Of a DNA stretch of 64,000 nucleotides, positions 46,125 through 60,681 are shown one piece after another. Below the pieces are notes generated by a model that saw nothing but the letters and a program-made list of their open reading frames with translations, had not been told where the DNA came from and searched no databases. Position 1 is the stretch's first letter; each line of letters opens with the position of its first letter. Origin of the DNA: the human T2T-CHM13v2.0 reference genome, Homo sapiens; NCBI RefSeq assembly GCF_009914755.1, contig NC_060947.1. One strand, 5' to 3'. The translations under genes were made by a program, and so were the position numbers.

Positions 46125-47719
46125 GTAAGAAACAGGTGCCTTAGGGAATTGGCTTAGATGGTGTTGGGCTCCTTTTGCTGCTGCACCCTGTCCTTCTCCT
46201 CTCAGCCTGTGCATCCCCCTTTCCTTAGCCCACCCACTTCTCCCTTTCCTACACTGGCACTGGGGAAACAGCCTTGCTTTAGAAGTCAGGAGACTTGGAT
46301 CTGAGCCTCAGTTTTAAGTAGTTGTGTCACCCTGAATACTTTGTTTGAGTTCTCGAAATGTTAGCTTCCATTTGTTTTTTATAAGGACAAAAAATGAGTG
46401 GAGGAATAATACCTGTTCTAACTACCTCACAGTGTGGTCATAGGAATTCAAATCAGATGTGGAAATGCTTTCTAAACTTAAAAATGCCGAGGTATAAATG
46501 AAGGGGATGATTGCTCCCTTCTCCTCTTCCTCTCATAGCTGTCCTATATCTTGGTAGGTCTCATCTGTTCACTTCCCCATCCTTTTACGTTCTATCCATA
46601 AGTTTTCAGCCCACCTATTTCTCCCCAAACTAAGGGTAGCTCTGTAAGAGCCTGAAGTCAATTTTTTTCTCAGTTGATCGGCTTTCCCTAGCTGTCTGTG
46701 CATGCCTGCCACTTTTTTTCTCCACCCTCTATCATCAAAGTCCAAGCTTCTGGCTTCTGATGGGCTTTGTTAGGGGTGAGGCATTGTGGATAAGTTGAAA
46801 GAATGCAGGCTTTGGAGTCAGGTAAACCTGAGTTCAAATCATCGCTCTATCAATGACTTAACTGTGTGACCTTTGGGAACCTACTTACCCTTTCTGGGCA
46901 ATAGGAATGCCTACTTAATAAGGTTTTTGTAAGAATTAGTTGAAGCAATAATTTAGGTAAAGATCTTGGCCTAGGTGGTGGTGAGGGGGGGGCAATGAAT
47001 AAAGATAGTTATTATTGTCAGCCAAGGGGAATGGCTTGATGGCTGCACATATCCTTGGCCAGCCTCCAGCTTCCTACCATGGTTCATTTGGAGGGCAGCG
47101 GGGTAGGAGGGCAGACAGAGATAATTATACAGTACAGATTTTTCTGTTTCCATATCTCAGACCTCTAGCCAATGTTCCTTTGGGTCCCAAGGACTGTTAT
47201 ATTCGTATGCATCCTTGCACATGTGCATGCCTATACTCAACCACCCAACTTGCCCTTTCCACTTACTGAATCCTCTCCTGCTCAGAGGGCAGTTCGGAAC
47301 AGCCTCTATGGTTGAGCAGTTTGGCATGACTTGAATTCTACCAGGGCAAGAGGGGAACCAGACAGCTGTCACCTCTAATGCCCTTGTTCAGTTTCCTACC
47401 CTTCCCAGCCTGATGTTTGGCATGCAACTGAAGTAACTGAGATCCACAAAGTGACATTTTAAGCCATTGAAGTTTGGGATGCCTCCACACCCATGGTTCT
47501 ACCTACTGGTTTTAGTACTGTGCTCTATGTGGAGGTGCCTTGGGACCCTCTTTGGGTGGGTAAGAGGGAGGACTCCAGGCCTCCTCCCACTTGAACCAGA
47601 AAAGCTCCTCCTGAATTTGTTTTCTATATTAAAGTTCCATATAACTTAGTTTGGAAAAAAAAATGTTTTGCCACTTAAAAAGAAGACTGAACATCACTGG
47701 TTTTACTCATTGTGTGCAG

Positions 47720-47876
47720 CGCTCGCCTAGAGGCCTTCTCAGACCACAGTGGAAAGCTTCAGCTCCCTCTTCAAGAGATTATTGACTGGCTCAGCCAAAA
47801 GGATGAGGAGTTGTCAGCTCAGCTGCCCCTACAGGGGGATGTGGCCCTGGTGCAACAGGAGAAGGAGACACATGCG
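47720..47876 (+). CDS. DRP2: DRP2 coding exon 3 (ARLEAFSDHSGKLQLPLQEIIDWLSQKDEELSAQLPLQGDVALVQQEKETHA), spectrin repeat
   Basis: tgtgtgcag acceptor, GCG|gtaggt donor; 157 nt, same as recalled DMD exon 57; frame-consistent. Confidence 0.95.
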
Positions 47877-49081
47877 GTAGGTTAGAATCAGAGAAGCCGT
47901 GGTGTGTAGCCTCTCAGCTGGGGAGGAATCCCTTCTTCAGTACCCTGACAGACACCCAGCTCTGCTGAGACACCTAAATGAATAGGAGGCTGTATGCAGT
48001 CCTATTAGTCTGTGGCTAGCATGCCACAGCCTAAGTCAAATATTTTCTTTCTACCCCTCCCATCAAATTCTAGCCTCCCTTAAAATACTGCCATGATTTT
48101 TAATGGGAACATGGGGAAATGAACATAACATAATGCTAAGTGAAAAAACACAGGATACAAAACTAAGTGCAAGTGGATCTCAATTGTATAAAAATGTATA
48201 TAGATGAGTGTGATGTTTACATACATATAACAGCATAGGAAGGAACTATATCAAAATGTTAACAATGGTTAACTCTAGGTAATAAAATTGGAGTTCTTAA
48301 TTTTCTTCATATCTTTCTGAAATTTCTAATATTTCTGTGATATATATTACTGCTGTAGTTAAAATACTTCTTAAAATGACTACAGAATGAAATATAATAC
48401 AGCAATAAAATAAACTATAACCACGTGCCACAGCATGGGTGAATCTTACAGACAGACAATATGTTGAGTGAAAAAAAGCCGGATACAAAAAGAGTATATA
48501 CTGTATGATTCCACTTATACAAAGTTTAAAAATAGGCAAAACTAATCAGTGATTTTACAAGTAAAAATTGTGGTCACCTTTGTGGGAGGGGAGGGAGGGG
48601 TGGGGCATGAAGGTGAGATAGTGACTAGGAGGGCCCACCTGGGATGCTGATAGAGTTCTGTTTCTTGATCTCAGTACTGGTTACATCAAGATGTACAGTT
48701 TTAGTTTGTGTATCCCGTATATATTTCAACCAAAAATTTAATTATAATTTTAATATAAATCCTGCCTATCTTGGTTTTGATTTCCATAAGACCCTTACAG
48801 GAAGCTTTCTGAGTCTTCTGGAGAACCAAGATCCCCACATTTTTCTCTATCCTGTGGCATAGACAGACAAATTTCATACTAAACAGACCTTCCAGTGTCA
48901 GAGTTATTTTTCTGTCTATCAGGAGGATTGCACGCCTTTTTGTCTAGGTAGTTCAAAGATACCTGATAATGCCAAAGAATCAAGACACACTGAGAAGAAG
49001 AAAGGTTGTCAATTGCAGGATGGAATGTAAAGTGATTGAAAAACTTTCCTTTCCTGTTGACCATATTGCTAAACTTTATAG

Positions 49082-49202
49082 GCCTTTATGGAAGAAGTCA
49101 AGTCTCGGGGCCCCTACATCTATTCTGTGCTGGAGTCAGCTCAGGCCTTCCTGTCCCAGCACCCATTTGAGGAGTTAGAGGAGCCTCATTCTGAGAGCAA
49201 AG
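49082..49202 (+). CDS. DRP2: DRP2 coding exon 4 (AFMEEVKSRGPYIYSVLESAQAFLSQHPFEELEEPHSESK)
   Basis: tttatag acceptor, AAG|gtaggt donor; 121 nt. Confidence 0.95.
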
Positions 49203-49561
49203 GTAGGTGGTCTTCTGTTTTTCCCACTTCTTCTTGAGCCATGTACTGCTGAATGCTGAACAAACACCCTCCTGCCTTCCCCAAACTCATTTTCTTACCT
49301 GTTATCTAGGAGGATAGTTTCCCCCAGGAGTCCATCCAAAGTTGGGGGGAAGCAAGATTCCTACTGCAGGAAAAAAAGCAAAGAGAATATAGCCTGGAGC
49401 AGGGGTCAACAGTTGTGTGACCCAAAGCTGTATGTGGCTCTTTGGAGCAGCATGTGTGGCCATTTAATGAGATGTGGAAAAGAAAAACAAAAAACCACTC
49501 AAATGAATTGAACTGACTCAATGAATAAAAGTACCAGTATGTCCTTTAAAAACATAGTGCT

Positions 49562-50170
<609 letters not shown>

Positions 50171-50331
50171 ACAAACTAAAATAATCATAATTTAAAAATA
50201 CTGCTTTATTCCAACATCGAGGGACATGCAAACCAGCAAATAATAAACCTTTATAAAATCTAAAAAGTTAGGTGATGATTGCCTTTGAAAGGCAAATTGA
50301 CTATGACTCTTTGGAATTTTTTTGTGTTTAG

Positions 50332-50635
50332 TCTTTGTTTTTGAGACAGCCTCTCACTTCATAACCCAGGCTGGAGTGCAGTGGTGTGATCACAGCTTAT
50401 TGCAGCCTTGACCTCCCAGGCCCAAGCTATCCTCCAGCCTCAGCCTCAGCCTCAGCATCCTGAGTAGCTGGGACTACAGGCGCATGCTACCACACCCAGC
50501 TAATTTTTGTGTTTTTTGAAGAGACCAGGTCTCGCCATGTTGGCCAGGCTGGTCTTGAACTCTTGGGCTCAAGTGATCGGCCTGCTTGGCCTCCTGAAGT
50601 GTTGGGATTACAGGTGTAAGCCACTGCCCCCAGCC
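50332..50635 (-). mobile_element. Alu (AluJ-like)
   Basis: Antisense dimer with gcctca x3 slippage; TSD-like gact(a/g)tgactctttg. Confidence 0.9.
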
Positions 50636-51768
50636 GACTGTGACTCTTTGATACTGACTCCAATAACTTCTAGCCCCTTCCCTTGATAGAGAGGGCCACT
50701 CTGGTCTATAAGGCAGTGGGATGGGACTCATGGTGACTAGATCTGAGTGGTGGTCCAGCAAGCCCTCTTCTCCAAAAAGAATCCTCAACCCTCTGAGATG
50801 GATTGTGAATAGCCTGAAAGGACCCTTCATGAATTGAGCCCTTTGTCAATGCCATATGCCCATCTCAGTTTATTTCTGGCCCTTCAATGGGAGGGCTAGT
50901 ACTTAATTTGATGCCCGATGGGCCTCAGATAGGACAAGCTCTAGAAAGAGCAGCACAATTCTAGTTAGCCTGGGGCTATGGGGCTCTGGATCTTCTGAGG
51001 AGAGATCTGAGGGAGGAAGAAGAAATCTACAGATTAGGAGCCTAGGTGGAAAAGCCAGACACATTATACCAACTTCTCCTGGGCTGAGCCTTCATAAAAT
51101 GCCTCCCTTTGGCTGGAAGTGGGCAACAGAAACTAATGCAAAATCACATTCCAGGGTCGTATGAATAGGGCTCTAGATGACTTGCCTCACTATACCTTTT
51201 ATAATGTCTTACTTTTTCATTTCCTACTGTTTTAAAATATGAGGAAATCCTCATGATATAGTAAGTGGAAAAACACAATATGGTCTCTTGACTGTGGTGG
51301 CGGATATATAAACCAACGCATGTGATAAAATCACATAGAACTAAACACACGTGTACACACACACACATACACACACGAATACAAGTAAAACTGGGGAAAC
51401 TTGGACAAAATTGGCAGATTATGTCAATGTCAATATCCTGATTGTGATATTATACTGTAGTTTTGCAAGATGTTGTCATTTGGGGAAACTGGGTAAAGGG
51501 TACATGAAATCTCTGTGTTATTACTTATAACTGCCTATGACTCTACAATGATTTAAAAATAAACAGTTTTTTTTAAAAAAAAACGTGACTGTATTAAAGG
51601 GCTCAACCATGGAAAAATATGTATTTGTGTGTGTATGAATATATACACAAACATGCCCACATGTGCACACACACATACACACACATTTTATAAAGGGCTG
51701 TTTCTGTCTCTTTCTTTGAGCTGACCCTGCCTGGTTGGCCTAACCTGGCTTCCTGCCTCCTCTTGCAG

Positions 51769-52037
51769 ATACCTCCCCGAAACAGCGGATCCAGAATCTC
51801 AGCCGCTTTGTATGGAAGCAGGCGACGGTGGCCAGTGAACTGTGGGAGAAGTTGACAGCCCGCTGTGTGGACCAGCACCGTCACATTGAGCGGACTCTGG
51901 AGCAGCTCTTGGAGATTCAAGGGGCAATGGAGGAACTAAGCACTACTCTGAGCCAAGCTGAGGGAGTCCGAGCCACTTGGGAGCCCATTGGGGATCTCTT
52001 CATTGATTCACTCCCAGAGCACATCCAGGCTATTAAG
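51769..52037 (+). CDS. DRP2: DRP2 coding exon 5 (DTSPKQRIQNLSRFVWKQATVASELWEKL...PEHIQAIK), spectrin repeat
   Basis: tcttgcag acceptor, AAG|gtatgc donor; 269 nt; overlaps ORF 51828..52082. Confidence 0.96.
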
Positions 52038-52425
52038 GTATGCAAGCCCCCTCCCCTGACTACAGTCTACCCTGAGACCTGACACTCTCCCCAGACACTG
52101 ACAATGTTTCTGCTGCTGAGACTCCATTGTTGGCCTGGACTACAACTGAGTTGCTGTCAGTTTATGTGCTAGATTTGGGGCTGGTTTGGCTGGAGTCTCT
52201 TCTGTTTTCCTACTTTCTTCTCTTTTCCTGGTGTTTTCTGAGGATGAGAGGAAGAGGATAAGGACAGTGGCCGCCCACACCTTAGTCTGGTTGCCCTAAT
52301 AGGCAAGCACTAGGCTGTGTTATTGAAACAAAACCTCTGGGTGAAGAGGGAAGAGTAGAGGTGAATGACTAATGTTTCTTCTTTCCCACTCTGTCTGCTG
52401 TGGCACTTGGGTCCTGGTTCTCCAG

Positions 52426-52572
52426 CTGTTCAAAGAAGAATTCTCCCCCATGAAAGATGGAGTAAAGTTGGTGAATGATCTGGCCCACCAACTTGCCATT
52501 TCTGATGTGCACTTGTCAATGGAGAATTCCCAGGCCCTGGAACAGATCAACGTCCGATGGAAACAACTACAG
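52426..52572 (+). CDS. DRP2: DRP2 coding exon 6 (LFKEEFSPMKDGVKLVNDLAHQL...RWKQLQ)
   Basis: ttctccag acceptor, CAG|gtagaa donor; 147 nt; overlaps ORF 52372..52623. Confidence 0.96.
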
Positions 52573-53004
52573 GTAGAAGAGCAGCCTGGAGTGAACCATG
52601 GGGAGGTGCCTCCATATAACTAGGCTTGGGGGAAACTTCTTCAGGGGTATGGAAATAGGATCTGCATGGGAAAAGAGGAGTGGAGAATGTGGAGCTAGGG
52701 AATGGGCTTTTCAACCTCTAAGCTGCAGGGAATGATTAAAATGAATAAGAGGGGTCTTTCTGGATTTGGGCACTCAGGGTAGACAGGGGCAGGGGAAGAG
52801 TGACTGTGGCCTGGAATTAGGGATGCTCTGCTGTGACCTTTGGGAGTTCTGGGGGATGGCTAGGAGTTGGGTGACGGTGGGAGAGGCTGGAACCAGAGAA
52901 AAGCCAGTCCCTGAGGAAGCTCATAAAGATTCCCAGAGGCACCTGGGGATCCCACTCTAAATAGCTGGAATGAATCTACTGACCTCACCCTGTTCTTTCC
53001 ATAG

Positions 53005-53517
<513 letters not shown>

Positions 53518-53689
53518 CACAATCTCTCAAATCGGAGAGATCTGGGTCTGAGGCACAGCACCTCAACCTAATAACTGTGCAGGCTCAAAAAAAAAAATAG
53601 CTTACTCTTTCTGAACCTCAATTTTCCCATCTGTAAAAGGAAGGAAAAATATTACCTAGCTCATCAGGTTATGGGAATTAAATGACTTT

Positions 53690-54400
53690 ATTTTTTCAAC
53701 AATATTTATTGAGGGCCTTCTGTGGGCCAGATACTGCTCTAGGCACTGGGGCTGCATCAGTAAACAAAACACACAGAAATCCTTAGACAGCTTATATTCT
53801 AGCTGGGGAAACCAGACCACAAACAAATAAGTAAAATATATATAAGGTTACTTGGTGACAAGGGCTATGGACAAAAAGCAGGGAAGGCGTGGATAGGGAG
53901 TGCTGGACTTAAGCATGGAGGTGTTGCAATTTTGAACAGGGTGGTTAGCAGAGGCCTCACTGAGAAGGTGGCAATTGAGCAGAGGTCTAAAGTAGATGAA
54001 GAGATGAACCGTGTGGATGATAGCTGAGGGAAGAGCATACCAGGCAGAGGGAACAGCATATTCCATACCTTTAAGGTAAGGATGTGTCCAAGAAACAGTA
54101 AGGAGAGCAAAGTGTGGGGGAGTAGGGGAGGCTGGAGCATGTAAGGCCTTGTAGGCAATGGGAGGAACTTCAGATTTTATTCTCAGTACAGTGGAGAACC
54201 ATCGGCAGGGTTTGAGCCAAGGGATGGCATGATCTGCCTTATGTTTCAACAGAGTCAGGGTGTTGAGAAGAGACTACTGGGGAGCAAGAGTGGGAACAGG
54301 GAGGCCTATTTGGAGGTACATTGCAATAATCCAGGTGAGGGATTATGGTGGCCCAGACTAGGGGGCTGGTAGCAGTGGAGATGGTGAGAATATACAGACA
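53690..54400 (-). mobile_element. L2 LINE fragment
   Basis: caacaatatttattgag...gccagatactgctctaggcactgggg, typical L2 3' end; boundaries approximate. Confidence 0.7.
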
Positions 54401-55117
54401 GAAAAATGAGATATGCACACAAAGCAATGAGCATAATATCTGGCACATAGTAGGAGCTCAGTAAATGTTAACTGTGGTTAAAATTGTTGCTATTATAATC
54501 ATTGGCATACAGCTATACCTGCAGGCGGAGGACTCTTGTACCGAGGAAAACTGCAGTGAGCAAGCTGGCCATGTAAACTGAGCCATTCGTGGAAGGTCCA
54601 AAAGATAGACACAGGCAGAGAGAGGCATGAGTTTCCAGAGTTCCTCATGAGAGAGAGAGAAATGGGCAGTACCATTACCCACAGTCCCACAGGACTGAGA
54701 AGCTTGACCTTCTAGGGGAAGAGCTTTGAGCCCTAAGGGGAAAGTGGAGTCTACTTCATATCCGCAAGAGTAATCCAGCTGCCTGCAGCTGATGGGTAGA
54801 AATGGCAGTCTGCTCAGGGAGAAGATTGTCAGGGTGGCCAAGGCCAAGTATTCCTGTTCATGCCCTTGCCACATCTCTGGTATGTTAGGATATCGGTGAC
54901 AACCTCTTCTCCTTGCCTTGCCCTAACATCAGGGAGAGAAGCGTGTTCATTAGAACTCTTTGTCCCACCCTCAGAGGCTGTTAAGAGCTGGCAATGAAAT
55001 TCAGACATCCCCTTTTGGGCTTGACAACCTCTTTGGGAGAATAGAGCAAGGGAGTAGCTGGGGGCCTTAAGAGCATTAGTGGCCAGCTTTTTTTCTCTTT
55101 CTCTTCTCCTTTACCAG

Positions 55118-55178
55118 CCTCTGTCCAGGTTCCCTGGGAAAGAGCAATTTCACCCAATAAAGTTCCCTACTACATCAA
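55118..55178 (+). CDS. DRP2: DRP2 coding exon 8 (SVQVPWERAISPNKVPYYIN), first half of WW domain
   Basis: long pyrimidine tract + ccag acceptor, AA|gtgagt donor; 61 nt. Confidence 0.96.
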
Positions 55179-55488
55179 GTGAGTGACCATCTGAATCAGA
55201 AGCGGGTCAGTCACCTGCCCACCCCCTCCCTCTCCTGCCTTTTTGCTACCTGTCCTTGTCACTCTGTCTGTTGGGATTCCTCCATCCAGTTCGGTTTTTC
55301 TCCTACTCATCTCAAGATCTCAAGATTCTACTTGGGTAAAGGTGAACCCTTGGGCTTTGGCATCTTGGGTTTACCCTCGAACCCTGCAGCTTCTTGCATC
55401 CAACCTGTCACTTGAGTGGTGTGCACATCTGAGTGTGGGGGTGGGTGGGTGGTATAGATGCTGGTACTATTGATGCTATTGTTTGTAG

Positions 55489-55550
55489 CCACCAGGCTCA
55501 GACCACATGCTGGGACCATCCCAAGATGACAGAGTTATACCAAACCCTAG
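55489..55550 (+). CDS. DRP2: DRP2 coding exon 9 ([20 protein letters not shown]), second half of WW domain
   Basis: gtttgtag acceptor, TAG|gtaaga donor; 62 nt. Confidence 0.96.
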
Positions 55551-55604
55551 GTAAGAATGTGGGCTTCCTGTATAGGGTGGGCATATACACAGCTGCCTTT
55601 GTCC

Positions 55605-56200
55605 TATAATGTCCATCTACAGATGAATGGATAAAGAAAATGTGGTATATCCATGTAATGGAATATTCAGCCTTTAGAAAGAAGGAAATACTGCCATTTG
55701 AAACAATGTGGATGAACCTGGAGGACATTGTGCTAAGTGAAATAATAAGCCAGAAACAAAAGGCAAATACTACATGATCTCATGTATGTAAGGAATCTAA
55801 AATAGACAGACTCATAGAAGCAGAGAGTAGAATGGTGGCTGCCAGTGGCTGAGGGGAGGGGAAAATGGGGAGATACTGGTCAAGAGTACAAAGAAGTTTC
55901 AATTATACAAGATGGATAAGTCCTAGAGAGATCTACGGTGCAGCATATTACCTATAGTGAACAATACTGGATTGTATCGTTAAAAATTTGCTAAAAAGGT
56001 AGATCTTATGTTAAGTGTTCTTACAGAAAAAAACAATAAAGAGGGTAGTTGGAACTTTTTGGAAGTGATGGATGTACTAATGGCATAGATTGGGGTGATG
56101 GATTCATAGATGCATACTTGTCTCCAAACTCATCAACTTGTAGACATTGAATCTGTAAAGCTTTTTATATGTCAGCTATAACTCAATAAAGTGGTTTTAA
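55605..56200 (+). mobile_element. L1MB-type 3' end
   Basis: aatgtccatctacagatgaatggataaagaaaatgtgg ... ctcaataaag. Confidence 0.85.
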
Positions 56201-57190
56201 AAAGAATAGAAGAGAATCGCAGTCAATAAGCAGGTGGGAGAGGGAATGAGTGCCTCATCGTTTCTCCAACAGCCTGCCTTCCTTTATCCTCGCACCTTTC
56301 TCAACTGGAGGCTCTACATTCCCCTCTGGACCATTTTATCACCGGATTAGTGCATTATTCTTACAGATGTGAAGTCTGATTTGCTTTAAAAGACTGTCCA
56401 GGCTGTGATGAGCGTAACTCTTGTGTGCCTTATCTTTGCCTACTGTGAGAGACTCATCATTATGTTTGTTGCACATTTTATCCATGCTGATGCATGTGAC
56501 TACAGTTCATTCTTTTTTACCACTATAGAATGTTCCATTGTATATAGCACAGTTTCTGCTGTTGACAGACACGTGGGTCATTTCTTGTTTTAAGCTAATG
56601 AGGACAGTGCTGCTGAGGAGTTTCTTATATGTGTCTTCCAGTACATGTGTGCAAAGATTTCTCTGGGGCATGTTTTTCAGTCTGCAGGTCATAACATCAT
56701 TTCAGTGTGTTGTGACAAACATTTAAAAAGTTGAAATAGACCAGGAAATATTAATATGCAACAGATCCTTAGCAAGAGTCATAGTTGATATTAATTTTGT
56801 TGTTTTCACTCTATGCAATCTAGTAAGGAATTGCTTCCTGAAATGTTTGATTTAGTTATTTTTACATATATACATGTATACTATAAAATGAATTTCATAC
56901 TGTAAGTCTTGATCAAAAAGCATTTGCAAGTCACTGCTCTGGGATATATAGCTGGCTGGGTGGTGGGATATGTGACTGTTCCATTTTACTAGGTGATACC
57001 AAGTTGTTTTCAAAGATGATTGTGTCAGTTCACACTTTCACTGGCAGTTCTCATTCATCCCCACTCTTGTTGACACTTGCTATTGTCAGACATCTATTGG
57101 TTGCCAGTCTGGTGGGTGTAAAATGGTATCTTGTTGCGGCTTTAACTTGAATTTTTCTGATCTGAGTGGGTCTCTCTCCATTCTTTGCAG

Positions 57191-57265
57191 CTGATCTGAA
57201 CAACATTAAGTTCTCAGCTTATCGCACTGCCATGAAACTCCGCAGAGTCCAGAAAGCCCTGCGCT
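57191..57265 (+). CDS. DRP2: DRP2 coding exon 10 ([25 protein letters not shown])
   Basis: ttctttgcag acceptor, T|gtacgt donor; 75 nt; overlaps ORF 57166..57408. Confidence 0.96.
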
Positions 57266-58189
57266 GTACGTCTCCTGTTGTACTTCCCTATGACGTTCAC
57301 CACCCCTCTCCTGTTCCTCATCTGTCTGCTGTTTCTCATTTTCCTCCCACCTTGGCAAAGGTTGTTGATTGGCTTGGTGGAAACTCTCCAAAGCCTGCAA
57401 TATGCTAGCTGTCAACTTCTGCTCTTCCCAGTTCCCTTCCACTCTCGCTAGGCCCCAGACGTGTTTCCAAATTAACCCCACTGTTATGCTCCTCCTTGAC
57501 CCTTTTCCCATGCTCAGTATGTATAATCAAGCAACTGCTTTGTGACAGGAAGTACTGCAACCCATGATTTGCCATCTTGGGGTTATTGGATGTAGCAGCA
57601 AAACTGTTGAAGCAAATACCAGTGGTTAGGGAACAGTGTGGCTGAGGATATAATATGCCTTCTGGCCTTTCTCGGAGACACTGTTCATTCAGACTTCCTG
57701 GCTCAGGCATGTCTGGCTAGGCTGAGCCAGCATTTGGGGGTAATTAAGATGTCCTCTTGATGTATGTCACATTTCCCCAACCATACCTGAGCCTTCATTG
57801 CTGGTGTCTAGGTTCTCAGAACAAAACTTACAGACGAACCTATTTGCAATTGAAACTCATGCAAAGACAGAAACTTAAAATGGGATTTGATCCCTTGAGA
57901 GTTAGTATAACATAGGAGTTGAGTTTACTCATGTCCCATCATCTTTTTGAAACTGATGTCAAAGAACATTGGATATAAAAACATGTTGGGTTAATTTGAG
58001 GAACATTTTGCTGCCTTCTGCCTCCTTGGATGAGGGTCTTAGTAAAGGACAAGCTTGTATCATATTTGCAAATGGTTGATCTGGAGATTGAGTCAAATTT
58101 GGTGATGCTGGTGGCTTTATCTCCTTATTTAATCCCTGGGGTTCTACTTTTGGCTATATTTTTTTTCTCTTCTCTTCTTTCCTTACCAG

Positions 58190-58391
58190 TGGACCTGGTA
58201 ACTTTAACCACAGCCCTGGAAATCTTCAATGAGCATGATCTGCAGGCCAGTGAGCACGTGATGGATGTGGTAGAGGTCATTCACTGCCTGACTGCCTTAT
58301 ATGAACGTTTGGAGGAGGAAAGAGGCATCCTGGTCAACGTGCCACTCTGTGTGGACATGAGCCTCAATTGGCTCCTCAATGTTTTTGATAG
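58190..58391 (+). CDS. DRP2: DRP2 coding exon 11 (LDLVTLTTALEIFNEH...VPLCVDMSLNWLLNVFD), EF-hand region
   Basis: ccttaccag acceptor, AG|gtaagg donor; 202 nt. Confidence 0.96.
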
Positions 58392-58614
58392 GTAAGGGCT
58401 TTCAGCTCTGGAAGCCTCCAGGATAAAATTCAATGGGATATCTCAAGTGGGCCTGGTGGGAAGGTGTTGCTCCCATAGTAGACTTGGACCCAGCTCAGCT
58501 TGGGGCATGGTTGGAACAGGGCCCTGCTGGGATCAACTTTGTGAGGGAAATGATTGCCAAGATGTTAACCCTTTACATACATTCATATTCTCAGTCTCTT
58601 CTTTTTAAACCTAG

Positions 58615-58700
58615 TGGTCGCAGCGGAAAGATGCGGGCATTGTCTTTTAAGACTGGCATTGCATGCTTGTGTGGCACGGAAGTGAAGGAAAAACTTCAGT
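58615..58700 (+). CDS. DRP2: DRP2 coding exon 12 (SGRSGKMRALSFKTGIACLCGTEVKEKLQ)
   Basis: aaacctag acceptor, T|gtgagt donor; 86 nt. Confidence 0.95.
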
Positions 58701-59576
58701 GTGAGTAGAACTCCAAAGTGTGGAGTGGTGTTGGGTAGAGGGAAAGGTGTTGCAGGGAGGAGGAAGGGTGTAAGATAAGCAGAAAGTACATCTTGTGACT
58801 CAGCAGAGGGCTACTTGGGCTACCTTATGATGCTTCTTGGTTCACACTGTTGCAAAGAACACATGACAGCCAAAGGACAAGATGGGCCTAAGGCCTATTA
58901 CTATTCCCAGTGTCACTCCAACGGGCTTCATTCCTTCTGAATTGATGGAAGTACTTAGTCAGGATCTATGTTGGCATTTTGAGGTACCCAGGGCCCTGAT
59001 GTTCTAGTTGCATTCCCCTGTGGCCTATCAGGCTTAGCCCTCTTCCAGTCTGAAGCTCAAGCCATGTCACTAGAGACTTCTTATGTACACAGGCAGGGCA
59101 CAATAATACCCAATATCTGGGAGGCGGACACTATGTTCTTCTGTAGTTTTTCACATCTTTGGCTTATAGTACCTTTGCGTTCCCCTCTGTCCTCCATCTT
59201 GTGTTCAGCATTTTGAACTTCTCAGTAGCAGCATGATTAGTTGTTGAGTCCTAATATGTGACTGCTAAATGGGGTGAGTGCTAAGTTAAATTAGACGTGG
59301 TCCCTGCTTCCAATGATTTACAGTCCAGAGGAGGAGATGGAAGTACACAGAAAGCATTTTTTAGAAAGTACTGATGAGAATAATCCAAATGGCCAAAAAT
59401 ATATCCTATATCATATGACAGAAAAGAGACAGATGACAGCAGTCTGGAAAAACTTTACAGGGAAGAGAACGTTTCCAAACATGTTCGTGGCTATGATATT
59501 ATGTATTTCTCTCAACATTTCCTTGCAATGGGATGAACAGTGATTATTTATCATCAATTTAAAAGTAAGGAAACTG

Positions 59577-59693
59577 GGCTGGGCATGGTGGCTCATGCAT
59601 GTAATCCCAGCACTTTGGGAGGCCGAGGTGGGAGGATCACTTGAGCCCGGAAGTTCAAGTCGAGCCTAGACAATATAGTGAGACTCCATTTCT
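59577..59693 (+). mobile_element. FLAM / Alu left monomer
   Basis: Single arm; TSD-like aaaagtaaggaaac on both sides. Confidence 0.85.
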
Positions 59694-60523
59694 AATTTTA
59701 AAAAGTAAGGAAACGGCAGCATAGAGAGGTTCATGACTTACCTATGATTCTACAACTAGGCAGTAATGGACCCAAAACTCGAACCTAGGCTCTCTGCCTT
59801 CTATTTCTGTGTATTTTCTAAGCCTTAATCAAGGTATGAAGCAGACAGAGAATAACCTCTGGAGGAGGTTTGCTAAGGCTGAATTGGGATGTGGAAGGGA
59901 ACAGTCCTAGAAGGGCTTAAATAACCCATATACAAAGATAAGTATCATAGTAGATTCCACAGAGACTTAGAGATAATTTTTAGATGATCAGATGTTTTGA
60001 ATTAGCTTCTCTTTTTGGATTATGCATGCCAGTGTTTCCTTCCATTTGTGTGGACAATTGAGAGATTACTGCAGTGTCAGACTACATAAACAGGAGAGAT
60101 GGTATGGCAGCCTGACTGTGACTCATGTTCAGGTGCCCCTGAGCCCGTACCCCATCATCCTGCTTCTGGAAGAATCTGTTTTCCCAACAGTATCATATCT
60201 GTGTCTGGCACTGCTCTTACACACAGTGCACTCGACCTCTCTCTCTCTTGCTTTCACTCTCTCTCACTCTTTCTCTCTCTGTCTCCCCCTCCCCCTGATA
60301 TTCTCTCTTTGTGTTGGCCTGATTTTTCTCTCTGAACTCAGAGAATGCTCTTTTTAGAACTCGGCTACTAGAAGGTCAGGGATAGACCTCTATGTAGTCC
60401 AGTTTGAAAAGTCATTAGCTCAGTCTGTGCTCTTTCCCTATTTTCCTTTTCTGCCCTTTCTCCTCACCATTCTCCGGCCATTCCTGTGTCGGGGTTGGCC
60501 ATTCTTGACGGTGGGGCCAGCAG

Positions 60524-60681
60524 ACCTCTTCAGCCAAGTGGCCAACTCAGGCAGCCAGTGTGACCAGCGCCACCTTGGTGTCCTGCTTCATGAGGCCATT
60601 CAGGTGCCCCGTCAGCTGGGTGAAGTGGCAGCCTTTGGGGGCAGCAATGTGGAGCCCAGTGTCCGTAGTTGCTTCCGTTTT
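60524..60681 (+). CDS. DRP2: DRP2 coding exon 13 ([53 protein letters not shown])
   Basis: CAGCAG tandem acceptor (distal AG gives 158 nt and the conserved Tyr), TTT|gtgagt donor. Confidence 0.93.
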
